From: Eledone cirrhosa
Lineage: Eukaryota
Assembly (NCBI GenBank): GCA_964016885.1
Contig: OZ024740.1
Coordinates: 290,160,001-290,224,000 of the forward strand
Direction: 5' to 3'
Length of the DNA: 64,000 bases
The position numbers were made by a program, and so were the translations under genes. Each line of letters opens with the position of its first letter. The stretch's first letter is position 1. Below are positions 27,838 through 38,469 of this stretch, in pieces. Under the pieces are notes generated by a model. The model saw nothing but the letters and a program-made list of their open reading frames with translations. It did not search any database and was not told where the DNA came from.

Positions 27838-27971
27838 AAATAAAGGAAAAGCACAAGCGGGTGACAATCCCTTCATAAGTTGTCTGCTGGAGATCACGGA
27901 CATATCAACGCATGATCTCCAGCAGACAACTGATGAAGGGATTGTCCACCGCTTGTGCTTTCCTTTTATTT
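27838..27971. mobile_element. Short fold-back element with a truncated HHR core on each arm
   Basis: aagcacaagcgggtgacaatcccttcataagttgtctgctggagatc ... gatctccagcagacaaCTGATGAagggattgtccaccgcttgtgctt; adjacent to (TA)n. Confidence 0.65.
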
Positions 27972-28016
27972 TTAAATACATTTTATCAAGCAACCACACA
28001 TAGCACCCTGTTTCTT

Positions 28017-28074
<58 letters not shown>

Positions 28075-28080
<6 letters not shown>

Positions 28081-28210
28081 GCGTCGATACGGCTTGAGCT
28101 CTGCCGTCGGCGTCCTGACTCTTTTCCTATTACCCACTCTACTACCCAAAGTATCGAGTACTCTGGTGCGTTATGGTCCACCTAGTTCCTTACCACACTT
28201 CCTTCGTTAT
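28075..28210. mobile_element. pLTR fragment (family of 23608/43073/62577) between (TA)n tracts
   Basis: gcgtcgatacggcttgagctctgccgtcgg...attacccactctactacccaaagtatcgagtactctggtgcgttatggtccacc. Confidence 0.75.
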
Positions 28211-28278
28211 ATATATATATATATATATATAAAATGAGAGTAGTTAAGACTGGATAATTTCACCATAATTACTTTATT

Positions 28279-28329
28279 GCATGATGTATATTTCTGTTAC
28301 ATGGTTATGCATGTGACTTCATCAGATGC
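28279..28329 (-). ncRNA. Canonical type I hammerhead in the left arm of fold-back element 28232-28426; decayed mirror copy at 28361-28398 (+)
   Basis: Minus strand: GCAT CTGATGA A GTCACATG CATAAC CATGTAAC A GAAA TATACA TC^ ATGC. Confidence 0.75.
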
Positions 28330-28585
28330 TTATGCAATCATAGATGTAGTTGCGGCGTAAGAATCTGATGAAGTCACGCGCATGAATATATATCATGCAA
28401 TAAAGCAATTATGTTGAAATAATCCCGTCTTAACAACTTTTATTTCACGAAAGGAATACTCTGTCACTCCTAATCACCAAGTGTTAGCTGGGATAAACTA
28501 CTGACGTGAAGTGGTTTTGGAAAGCACGGATCGGCTTATCAAGAAGTTACAACGTAACAACTACGTATAAGCAACTTATCTTCTG

Positions 28586-28625
<40 letters not shown>

Positions 28626-28860
28626 AATTTTGTTTAAAGATTCATTGATCTATTAGAGCTTTATACGGTTTTCAGAATATATTTTTTATATCTGTTCTAT
28701 ATTTAGTTCATGGTTCATCAAACATATATCAATTTCTGCCGATTGCTAGGTCACCCATCAAACATATACTTACATAATCTGTTAACATATGTTTTTACAC
28801 AGAAACGCATGCATGTGCGCTCACATACACAAACGCACACACTCAGACACACACACACAC

Positions 28861-28967
<107 letters not shown>

Positions 28968-29003
28968 GTTTATTGGTGTGTAACGTTTAGTCGATACTGG
29001 TTC

Positions 29004-29037
<34 letters not shown>

Positions 29038-29206
29038 GGGCGCTCTATCTCAAAATTATTTTTGAAAAGCATTAGAAATGCGCAACCGGTAAAACTTAAA
29101 ACCAAAACTGAATACTAACCAATACTACTACTAATTTTTACTTATTCATAATTAAACTATTTTTCACTGGGAACAATTTGTCAGCATTTCCTTTTCCTTT
29201 TACCAA

Positions 29207-30482
29207 TCTATATATATAAAACTGAGGTTGTCTGTCTGTCTATCGATTTTTGGCACACATCTCCTCTTAGAATCTCTCACGGAATTGCACCGAAATTGCA
29301 ATACTTGTACATTGAGCCCTAGCGAAGACATCGGAAAAAAATATTTCAAATTGACCCGCCCTATCTGACGAAATCGAATATAATGTATCGATTTTTGAGC
29401 GCAAGTGATCAGTTATTTCCCTTTGTTCTGTTTACATTCAGCGTAGCGTCTTACGTTCTCTTTACATTTTCTGCGTGCAAAAATTAAAAGAATGATTTCC
29501 CTTTGTTCTGTTTACATTCAGCGTAGCGTCTTACGTTCTGTTTACATTTTCTGCGTGCAAAAATTAAAAAAATTACGCTGGCAAAAATTAAAAAAATTAC
29601 GCTGGCTTTCTCAGCGTTTAAAATGACATTAACACAATACACGAACAGTTGTCGAGCCAGCAAAATTTTGACCTGCAAAATTCATCAGTTCGAACACTAA
29701 GCTTCCGTTTTGCTTCATTTCCATTTAAAAGCCTTTTAAAACAATATTTTTACTTGAAAACAAGTCTATTTAAAGACTACGTAAAACAAGCAAATATTTC
29801 GTAAAAAAAAGAAAAATTATATAAGTTTATTTAAAATATATGTATCTGTAAATTTCGTTAGGCGTGCAGACAGACAGTCGTGCAGACAGACAGTCGTGCA
29901 GAGAGGTGATATACGCGTGCAGACAGATAGTCGTGCAGAGAGGTGATATAGGCGTGCAGACAGACAGTCGTGCAGAGAGGTGATATAGGCGTGCAGACAG
30001 ACAGTCATGCAGAGAGGTGATATAGGCGATTATTTCCCTTTTATGGAATGAGCAGACGATTAGCGAATGTGCAGACGATTAAGTAAATCTTCAGTAGAGT
30101 GAATTGGAATCTCCAGTTTGTTTAATAGCTTCATTTGCACTGTACTGCCTTTGTATGCTACAACGCTTTAAAAGTTCGGCGAGTTCATTACTTCGTAAGT
30201 TATTGATATTTATTTTTTTATTACGACGGTTAGCAAACTTTCCCTATTAAACGTTTAAATTAATTTTACGGTCTTATAAGGCTGAATTTACTTTAATTCG
30301 GGTTATCGTTATGTTTTCTTAACTTCATAAGGCATATTGTTGGTTGAGGGAATATTAATCAAAAACACCACATGCAAGTCTGCACAGTAGACACTACAGT
30401 TTTTAAGCTAAAAATAAACTTAACATTGTAACTTTAACACAGCTACTGAGCGACCCCGATCAACGCCGGGCTTTACTGCTAG
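29207..30482 (+). mobile_element. Non-autonomous Helitron, copy 1, with internal gtgcagacagacagtcgtgcagagaggtgatata minisatellite
   Basis: 5' A|TCtatatatataaaactg; 3' hairpin cccgatcaacgccggg followed by CTAG; no TSD. Confidence 0.85.
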
Positions 30483-31466
30483 TCTATATATATAAAACTG
30501 TGGTTGTCTGTCTGTCTATCGATTTTTGGCACACATCTCCTCTTAGAATCTCTGACGGAATTGCACCGAAATTGCTATACTTGTACATTGAGCCCTAGCG
30601 AAGACATCGGAAAAAAATATTTCAAATTGACCCACCCTATGTGACGAAATCGAATATAATGTATCGATTTTTGAGCGTAAGTTATCAGTTATTTCCCTTT
30701 GTTCTGTTTACATTGAGCGTCTTACGTAAAAAATTACGCTGGCTTTCTCAGCGTTTAAAATGACATTAACACAATACACGAACAGTTGTCGAGCCAGCAA
30801 AATATTGACCTGCAAAATTCATCAGTTCGAACATTAAGCTTCCGTTTTGCTTCATTTCCATTTAAAAGCATTTTAAAACAATATTTTTACTTGAAAACAA
30901 GTCTATTTAAAGACTACGTAAAACAAGCAAATATTTCGTCGTTAGGCGTGCAGACAGACAGTCGTGCAGACAGACAGTCGTGCAGAGAGGTGATATACGC
31001 GTGCAGACAGACAGTCGTGCAGAGAGGTGATATACGCGTGCAGACAGACAGTCGTGCAGAGAGGTGATATAGGCGTGCAGACAGACAGTCGTGCAGAGAG
31101 GTGATATAGGCGTGCAGACAGATAGTCGTGCAGAGAGGTGATATAGGCGTGCAGACAGACATAACTGATAATTTGGTTACGCTAATGTGTTTCTCTGCGT
31201 TGCAGTGTTTACATTTTCGATCTTTGTTAATAAATAACCAGTGCAGTTTCTATCCCCAGCATCCTCTTTTGTTATAACATTCGGGTTATCGTTATGTTTT
31301 CTTAACTTCATAAGGCATATTGTTGGTTGAGGGAATATTAATCAAAAACACCACATGCAAGTCTGCACAGTAGACACTACAGTTTTTAAGCCAAGAAAGA
31401 AACTTAACATTGTAACTTTAACAAAGCTACTGAGCGACCCCGAGCAACGCCGGGCTTTACTGCTAG
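30483..31466 (+). mobile_element. Non-autonomous Helitron, copy 2, joined head-to-tail to copy 1
   Basis: Junction ...ctgCTAG|TCtatatatataaaactg; ends cccgagcaacgccgggctttactgCTAG|T. Confidence 0.85.
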
Positions 31467-31501
31467 TATATCATAACACGTGTGTTACACCTCGATTCTT
31501 T

Positions 31502-31607
<106 letters not shown>

Positions 31608-31608
31608 C

Positions 31609-31698
<90 letters not shown>

Positions 31699-32516
31699 GT
31701 AAATAATAAGCAGAGTAGGATGGACACAGAGAAATGACTTATCTGAATGAACATGTATGTGAAAATTAATTTTTTTTCTCCCCCTTTTTATTTTATTTTC
31801 ATTGCCTTCATCATTATTATTACTATTATCACTATTTGTACAAATATGAAACTTAACAATATTCTGCATATCCGCAATTGACAATGCATTTAATGCTGAA
31901 ACTGGTATTGTAAATAAATGAATGTTTTGATATCTGACTGAAAAAGATCTCTGCAACATTTTCTACTGAAAGAATCTTTTTCCTTTCTACTATATTTATA
32001 TATACTACCTGGCCGTCCGGCTGGCGCCCGAATTGGTACACCGGCATTTTATCTTTTCAGGAATCCCCCCCTATACTCTAGTGCAAAGATACCGCACGCC
32101 CTCTCAAGTCAGCGAGGGGGTGGGTGGGGGTAAACGTGCTCTGATGTTGGGTTTGAATAGTTTTTAGGATTCCCCAGTTCAGCAGCCAGTACGTTAAAGA
32201 AAATTCATAGTTACAACAATAAAGGCTGAACAGAGGACAAATGTTTAACAAACAATAATTTGTACAACCATAATAGAAATTCCAAGTAACAGAAAATATT
32301 TAAATCACATTGTTAGAGCCTCAGAGTATCCAATATTTATATATAAGCTTGTGCGGTGACGGTGATGAATTTGCTTTGCATGGTTTTTGATTTGAAATCA
32401 TGTGGTGCTATAATATTGTCAGAAATATATAATAAAACACACTCACAGTTAAAAATATAGATATAAATATACAACGGGGTAAAATATAATAGTATCATTA
32501 ATGATGTCACAGGTGT

Positions 32517-35099
32517 GTGACGATATATATATATTTATATCTATCGGAGAATCGTGCCAAACTCGGTTGCCAAATTACCTTCTTAAAACGCTGCCTAAAG
32601 AACAACATCATTCCAACCACCATCAGGAATATACATCTACCCGAATGTTTACGATCACCATCCTTCGAAAACACCATCCGCCACATTCAACGCACTTTTA
32701 TCAAGAAAATACTACGACACCACCACCACCAACTGCGACTCCATATACAAACGCTTTCTGAGCACTTAGATCGTATAGCTCCAATCCTCACCCCTGACCA
32801 CCAGGTCCAGGAATTACACAAAGCTATAGATCAGTGTTACCACACCAGAGTCAAATTTGATAAACAGCGCCTTGTACGGAAATACGAATGGACTGTAAAC
32901 AAATACTACATTGACAACATCCGCTCCCACAGACGGACCGACTACAACCACACCAGGGGCAACAGCTGTACAACACCCTCCGCTACACCCCCCAACATCG
33001 ATCTACCTACCAACGATGCTTCACACCTCGTTACCGACTTAACCGGTACCCTCACCAACGACGAACTCGAACTTCTGCGCCTCGGACCCAAGTTCATCAT
33101 TACACAGCGTCTCGATGATAGACTGAAACTCGACATCGAAACCAACTTCTGTCGGACAGCTTATCAACTGAAATGGCTAACCGCCATCCAAAACAACACC
33201 GAGATCGATTACAACCCCACAACCCACCCCACACTCCCCACGTATCACCTCGACAACCCACTCCACCCCCCACCCACCAACCACGAACTTGACACTAAAC
33301 TACTCAGGTTGAAACATTCTATCTCTAACATCCTTTCCCAACACACACACACACACAATAAACGCAACCTCACCAATGCACAATTTAATACTCTCACCAA
33401 CCTAAGATCCAGGAACCTTGTGTACCTTCCCTCTGACAAGGGGAAAGAATTCTGTGTCATCTCGAGAGAGACCTACAACAACTTAGCTCTCCAACATCTT
33501 AATGACCACAGCCTCTACTCGAAAGTCACAGGGACCTCCTCGACTCTAATCGAGGAAGGCATTAACACCATATGGACTAACATCTGTGTCCAACGAAAAC
33601 TGCCAAAGAAGGTAAAAAACAACATAATGACTCGAAACAGCAAATTACCCACCTTCTACCACCTGGTCAAAACACATAAACAAGGACCCGATTTGAAAAT
33701 CAGGCCCATTGTCTCTAGCGTGGAGGGCCCACTCTATAAAATATCGTGGCTGCTCTCCACACTACTGAAACCTATTCTACACACACTACCAGCCCACGTC
33801 TGCAGCTCAATGGAAGTCTTGGAGCGACTACACCATCTGGCGCCCAACACCAGAAAGGACAACGGTTATGCCTTCAGTCTTGATGTGGTCTCCCTTTATA
33901 CCTCCGTACCAGCATCCCCAGCTGTCGACCTGTTGACCGAACGAGTCCGAGCATCTAACCTACACTGCTTCGGACTCACACACACGGACATCCACCAACT
34001 CCTCTCCTTCGTTGTGGATAATGCACTCTTCAATTTCCTCGGCCACACGTACAAACAAATCTCTGGGCTACCTATGGGCTCTAGTCTGTGCGGCATACTT
34101 GCGATCTCGTACATGGACCACCTGGAACGCAAGGCACTCAATACCTGCCAACCCAACGCCGTCGCCTTCTACTCCAGATACGTTGATGATATCCTGATAC
34201 TTACTTCTTCCCGGGAGATGGCGAATGAAATTCACCAAATCTTCAACGATACTGACCAACACATCGATTTCACCATCGAACACCCGGGAGAAGACGGGTC
34301 ACTCGCCCTCCTCGACTTCCGTATCAACATCTCGGAACAAGGAGACATAAACACCACTTTCTACCGCAAAGCAGCGTGCAAGGACCTATTTGTGCATTAT
34401 AACTCAGCCCTCCCCAACAACGCTAAGAGCGGCTATGTCCTAAATGAACTGACACGGATCACTAACAGATGCAGCGACCCGATGGGTGGTCTCACCCATA
34501 CCACGCAATTCCGTAATCTACTCAGATCTAATGGTTATCCCAAGCGACTGATTAACGGAATTAGAGACCCCAGACCCAGTAGACCGACACCCACTAGAAA
34601 ACTTAATATTAGCAGGTGCTTCTTTAAAATCCCCCACCTGAGTGAATGTACCACGAACGCCATCCGCAGGGCCATACGTACGGAGGGACTTGACATACAT
34701 TTGGCCCACACAGGACCTTCGCTGCGAAAATGCCTCTCCAACAAACCCTACGAGGCAGATAGGACTTGTTCCCTCAGCAACTGCCCGATACGGGGGGCAG
34801 ATTGCCTACGCACCTATGTCGTATATAAGATTCAATGCGATAAATGTAACAAGTTTTACATAGGTAGCACCATCCGACCCCTACATGTTCGTATCAAGGA
34901 ACATATCAACACCAACGCATCTTCCTTCCGTAAACATATCCTCAAATGCGGAAACCCACAGGGTAGACCCTTGGTCACAGTCCTAGCGACTGAACGCAGC
35001 ATCGGATCCTTAAGGATAAAGGAAGCACTTGTTATTAAGAACCTCAGACCCCCACTTAACAACCGGGCTGAGAGAAATGAGCTGACATGGCTAATTTAA
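32517..35099 (+). CDS. PLE polyprotein: reverse transcriptase + GIY-YIG endonuclease (true start uncertain, probably slightly 5'-truncated)
   Basis: N-terminal FLKRCLKNNIIP; LGPKF; SDKG; PTFYHLVKTHK..IRPIVS; SLDVVSLYTSV; YKQISGLPMGS; YSRYVDD; FYRK; Cys linker CSLSNCPI..C; VVYKIQCDKCNKFYIGST..RIKEH..KEAL..LN. No internal stop; annotated start codon is GTG. Confidence 0.93.
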   Translation: MTIYIYLYLSENRAKLGCQITFLKRCLKNNIIPTTIRNIHLPECLRSPSFENTIRHIQRTFIKKILRHHHHQLRLHIQTLSEHLDRIAPILTPDHQVQELHKAIDQCYHTRVKFDKQRLVRKYEWTVNKYYIDNIRSHRRTDYNHTRGNSCTTPSATPPNIDLPTNDASHLVTDLTGTLTNDELELLRLGPKFIITQRLDDRLKLDIETNFCRTAYQLKWLTAIQNNTEIDYNPTTHPTLPTYHLDNPLHPPPTNHELDTKLLRLKHSISNILSQHTHTHNKRNLTNAQFNTLTNLRSRNLVYLPSDKGKEFCVISRETYNNLALQHLNDHSLYSKVTGTSSTLIEEGINTIWTNICVQRKLPKKVKNNIMTRNSKLPTFYHLVKTHKQGPDLKIRPIVSSVEGPLYKISWLLSTLLKPILHTLPAHVCSSMEVLERLHHLAPNTRKDNGYAFSLDVVSLYTSVPASPAVDLLTERVRASNLHCFGLTHTDIHQLLSFVVDNALFNFLGHTYKQISGLPMGSSLCGILAISYMDHLERKALNTCQPNAVAFYSRYVDDILILTSSREMANEIHQIFNDTDQHIDFTIEHPGEDGSLALLDFRINISEQGDINTTFYRKAACKDLFVHYNSALPNNAKSGYVLNELTRITNRCSDPMGGLTHTTQFRNLLRSNGYPKRLINGIRDPRPSRPTPTRKLNISRCFFKIPHLSECTTNAIRRAIRTEGLDIHLAHTGPSLRKCLSNKPYEADRTCSLSNCPIRGADCLRTYVVYKIQCDKCNKFYIGSTIRPLHVRIKEHINTNASSFRKHILKCGNPQGRPLVTVLATERSIGSLRIKEALVIKNLRPPLNNRAERNELTWLI

Positions 35100-35707
35100 C
35101 CTTAATGACCATTCACAGCCTACGGCCTGCTATATTCACACACACGCACGTATATGCATACCCATACGCATGCACACACACTTCTATATTTTACACGCAC
35201 ACATGTTTTTACAACCTACCACCTTTCACACCCTTTGATTTCCAGCTTCTACAGCCCACTATCTTTCACACACAAACGCACTCACACATATACATACACA
35301 GTTACACACACACATGTATACCCATACGCTTACACACACACACTTCTATATTTATACACGCACACATATTTTACAACCTACCACCTTTCACACCCTTTGA
35401 TTTCCAACTTCTACAGCCCACTATCTTTCACACACACACACACTCACACATATACACACTTACACTTATACACACACAGTCACACACACATATATATTTA
35501 CATACACATATCTTAAGGCTTTCACACGCTAACGCACCCTCTTGATTTAACCCATTTGGCCAGTAGCTTTTGCCACAGCTTATCACGCGCACGCGCATTC
35601 TCTCCCTCGTTTAAATTTTAAATATTTTTCTCCCCATAACGGCATTCCTGTCTTAACGACATCACCACTTTCTCCGCTTGGCCTGTTTTCCCCCCTTTTG
35701 GAACTTT

Positions 35708-35743
35708 TCCCCCGTTGATGGGCGTGAGCCCGAAATATTGGGA
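35708..35743 (+). ncRNA. Minimal HHR-like motif in the PLE 3' pLTR (variant core)
   Basis: TCCC CCGTTGA T GGGC GTGA GCCC GAAA TA TT^ GGGA; helices intact, core differs from CTGANGA at two positions. Confidence 0.55.
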
Positions 35744-36061
35744 TTAAAATCTCTACTACGGTAACCCTTCTACCTTTGTTTTGTTTTCATCTTTGTCTCT
35801 CTCAACTTTCACTTTCACCTGTTTTTCCTATCTATATTTCACTTCCTACCTCGAGATTTCCCTTTGCATTGTTGTGGCTTTCTTAAATACGTATATTTAT
35901 ATCTATATTTTTAACTGTTGGTCAATCAATGATAAACATTACCAGCTAAATTAACTATAAGGATTTAAAATATACAAAAGCGAAAAGTGGCAATATTATA
36001 ACAACGTAACCCTCCCCAAATATAACAATATATATTATATATATATATGTGTGTGTGCGCG

Positions 36062-36153
<92 letters not shown>

Positions 36154-36225
36154 CCGGTTTCAATCCCGGTTTGTGCCTCGGAGGGTAAATTTCTACGCGT
36201 AAAACGATGTTCATTTGTGGTTGCC

Positions 36226-36298
<73 letters not shown>

Positions 36299-36410
36299 TT
36301 GTAATAAAATGAAAACGAAATTTCATTTCTCACTCTTAGTACGGCACTTACTTAAATGTAAGTATGTATGTATACGTACATACATATATGTATACAGACG
36401 TACAGTAGCA

Positions 36411-36456
<46 letters not shown>

Positions 36457-36608
36457 CAGGTACACATACATATATGTTCGTATCAGTTTAGCGGACGCTT
36501 ATTATAACGCCCGCTTTGTTCGTTTGTAAACAAACTGAACAGCCTGAATTTATGCCGTACGGTGTTAAGGCAACCACGTCACCTTTTTGTTCAACACTGA
36601 CACAGGAA

Positions 36609-36649
36609 CGATGTACTAGTTTCAAGCTTGTTAGCTATCATCAGCACCG
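36609..36649 (-). ncRNA. Canonical minimal type I hammerhead (mirror copy)
   Basis: Exact reverse complement of 36803-36843. Confidence 0.8.
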
Positions 36650-36802
36650 TATAGCCTTCTGCCAGATGGTTGAACGTTCGAAAGTATATACTTTCCTTAT
36701 GAAAATTAACGGCTGAGCAGCCTAATTTGCATATCGAGTGAGTTAATTTTCATAAGGAAAGTATATACTTTCGAACGTTCAACCATCTGGCAGAAGGGTA
36801 TA

Positions 36803-36843
36803 CGGTGCTGATGATAGCTAACAAGCTTGAAACTAGTACATCG
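36803..36843 (+). ncRNA. Canonical minimal type I hammerhead
   Basis: CGGTG CTGATGA T AGCT AACA AGCT T GAAA CTAG TA^ CATCG; palindromic helix III ACTAGT, as in PLE dimer-forming HHRs. Confidence 0.8.
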
Positions 36844-36995
36844 TTCCTGTGTCAGTGTTGAACAAAAAGGTGACGTGGTTGCCTTAACACCGTACGGCAT
36901 AAATTCAGGGTGTTCAGTTTGTTTGAAAACGAACAAAGCGGGCGTTATAATAAGCGTCCGCTAAACTGATACGTACATATATGTATGTGTACCTG

Positions 36996-37039
<44 letters not shown>

Positions 37040-37089
37040 TGCTACTGTACGTCTGTATACATATATGTATGTACGTACACATACATACT

Positions 37090-37169
<80 letters not shown>

Positions 37170-37268
37170 TATTAAATTGTTAAACAATATTCGATGATTA
37201 TGTCAAAGAATGATTTTTACAGTAGATTGGAAGCACTCAACGAGAAAATAATTTTCAGGAGTTATTAA

Positions 37269-37576
37269 TATAAGTATTAATAAAATAGATGTTCTTTTGA
37301 TCAATTACATTTTATTATACATATTTCGGATGTACCACAGTACGTCCTCATCAAACAAAATATAATGATTGATGACATACCCTGAGATGTTAAATGGTTA
37401 GGATTTAATCAAGATTAAATCAAGATTAAATCAAGATTAAATCAAGATTAAATCTTAACCATTTAACATCTCAGGGTATGTATCATTATATTTTGCTTGA
37501 TGAGGGCGTACTGTTGTACATTCGAAATATGTATAATAAAATGTAATTGACCAAAAGAACATCTATTTTATTAATA

Positions 37577-37580
<4 letters not shown>
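37269..37580. mobile_element. Fold-back element with a C3U-variant HHR on each arm (37318-37354 minus; 37497-37533 plus) and an 11-bp tandem repeat in the loop
   Basis: TTGATGA GGACGTAC TGTG GTACATCC GAAA TATG TA; loop made of (aatcaagatta)x4. Confidence 0.7.
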
Positions 37581-37665
<85 letters not shown>

Positions 37666-37667
<2 letters not shown>

Positions 37668-38372
37668 CTTCTGTCCCACTCGCTTTTCGCTTATTTTAGT
37701 TATTGCTCGCACCAACCTGAGGTATCTGATTTTTAATGCGATGAAATACCAATGATCGTTGGCAAAATCACTGATGAGGGACTAATTTTATAATATGTAA
37801 TCCATGTGCAACCATGCAGTATTCTTCTTCCCCTTGTTTTTCATATATATTTACCTAAACTGTGATTATCTGTTTCTCTCTTTCTCTCTTACTGCTCCCC
37901 CGTTCTCTCTGTTTCTCTTACCTTCTTTCACCCTCTCTGTCAGTTACACTTTTTCTCTCGACTGACCTCTTCCTCGCACGTCCATTCACTCACTCTCTGT
38001 TTCTCTCCTTCTCACTTCCTCCCGTTTGCTACTAGTGGGGTTCCTTCTTTCTCACACCGCACTCACGGCGTACGGTCTGCTTCTCTGACCGCTTATGAAA
38101 TTCACCCAGATTATGCTGATCGGATAACTACCATGTGGCTTGCTGTTTTCCAACCTTCGGTTTGCTTTTCCTTCTATTGTTTACTTGTCTCACTCGCTTT
38201 ACGCGTTTCACTTGTCCCAATAGCTTATTTTAGTTATTGTTCGCACCAACCTGAGGTATCTGATTTTTAATGCGATGAAATACCAATGATGGTTGGCAAA
38301 ATCACTGATGAGGGACTAATTTTATAATATGTAATCCATGTGCAACCATGCAGTATTCTTCTTCCCCTTGTT

Positions 38373-38384
<12 letters not shown>
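37666..38384 (+). mobile_element. Non-coding LTR-internal-LTR unit: ~165-bp direct repeats with HHR-like motifs, bounded by (TA)n
   Basis: 37689-37850 and 38223-38384 are nearly identical; each has CCAAC CTGAGGT ATC..GAT GAAA TACCAATGA TC^ GTTGG (C17 is G in copy 2), followed by a second core CTGATGA GGGA..TCC lacking GAAA. Confidence 0.7.

Positions 38385-38466
<82 letters not shown>

Positions 38467-38469
<3 letters not shown>

Larger units (their letters stand above)
32445..35918 (+). mobile_element. Penelope-like retroelement, near full length, with 28-bp inverted terminal segment
   Basis: 32445-32472 (acagttaaaaatatagatataaatatac) is the exact reverse complement of 35891-35918; contains an RT/GIY-YIG ORF, a 3' region with an internal duplication and an HHR-like motif. 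Confidence 0.9.
36357..37093. mobile_element. ~735-bp near-perfect fold-back element (arms ~350 bp, spacer 31 bp) next to (TA)n
   Basis: Arms 36357-36710 and 36742-37093 are reverse complements with only a few mismatches; the ORF track shows nearly the same peptide on both strands. Confidence 0.9.

Noticed and set aside
32942-35062. Small ORFs overlapping or antisense to the PLE ORF
   Set aside because: Shadow frames of a long coding sequence
36516-36936. Pair of near-identical 66/76-aa ORFs on opposite strands
   Set aside because: A by-product of the palindrome, with non-ATG starts and no recognisable domain
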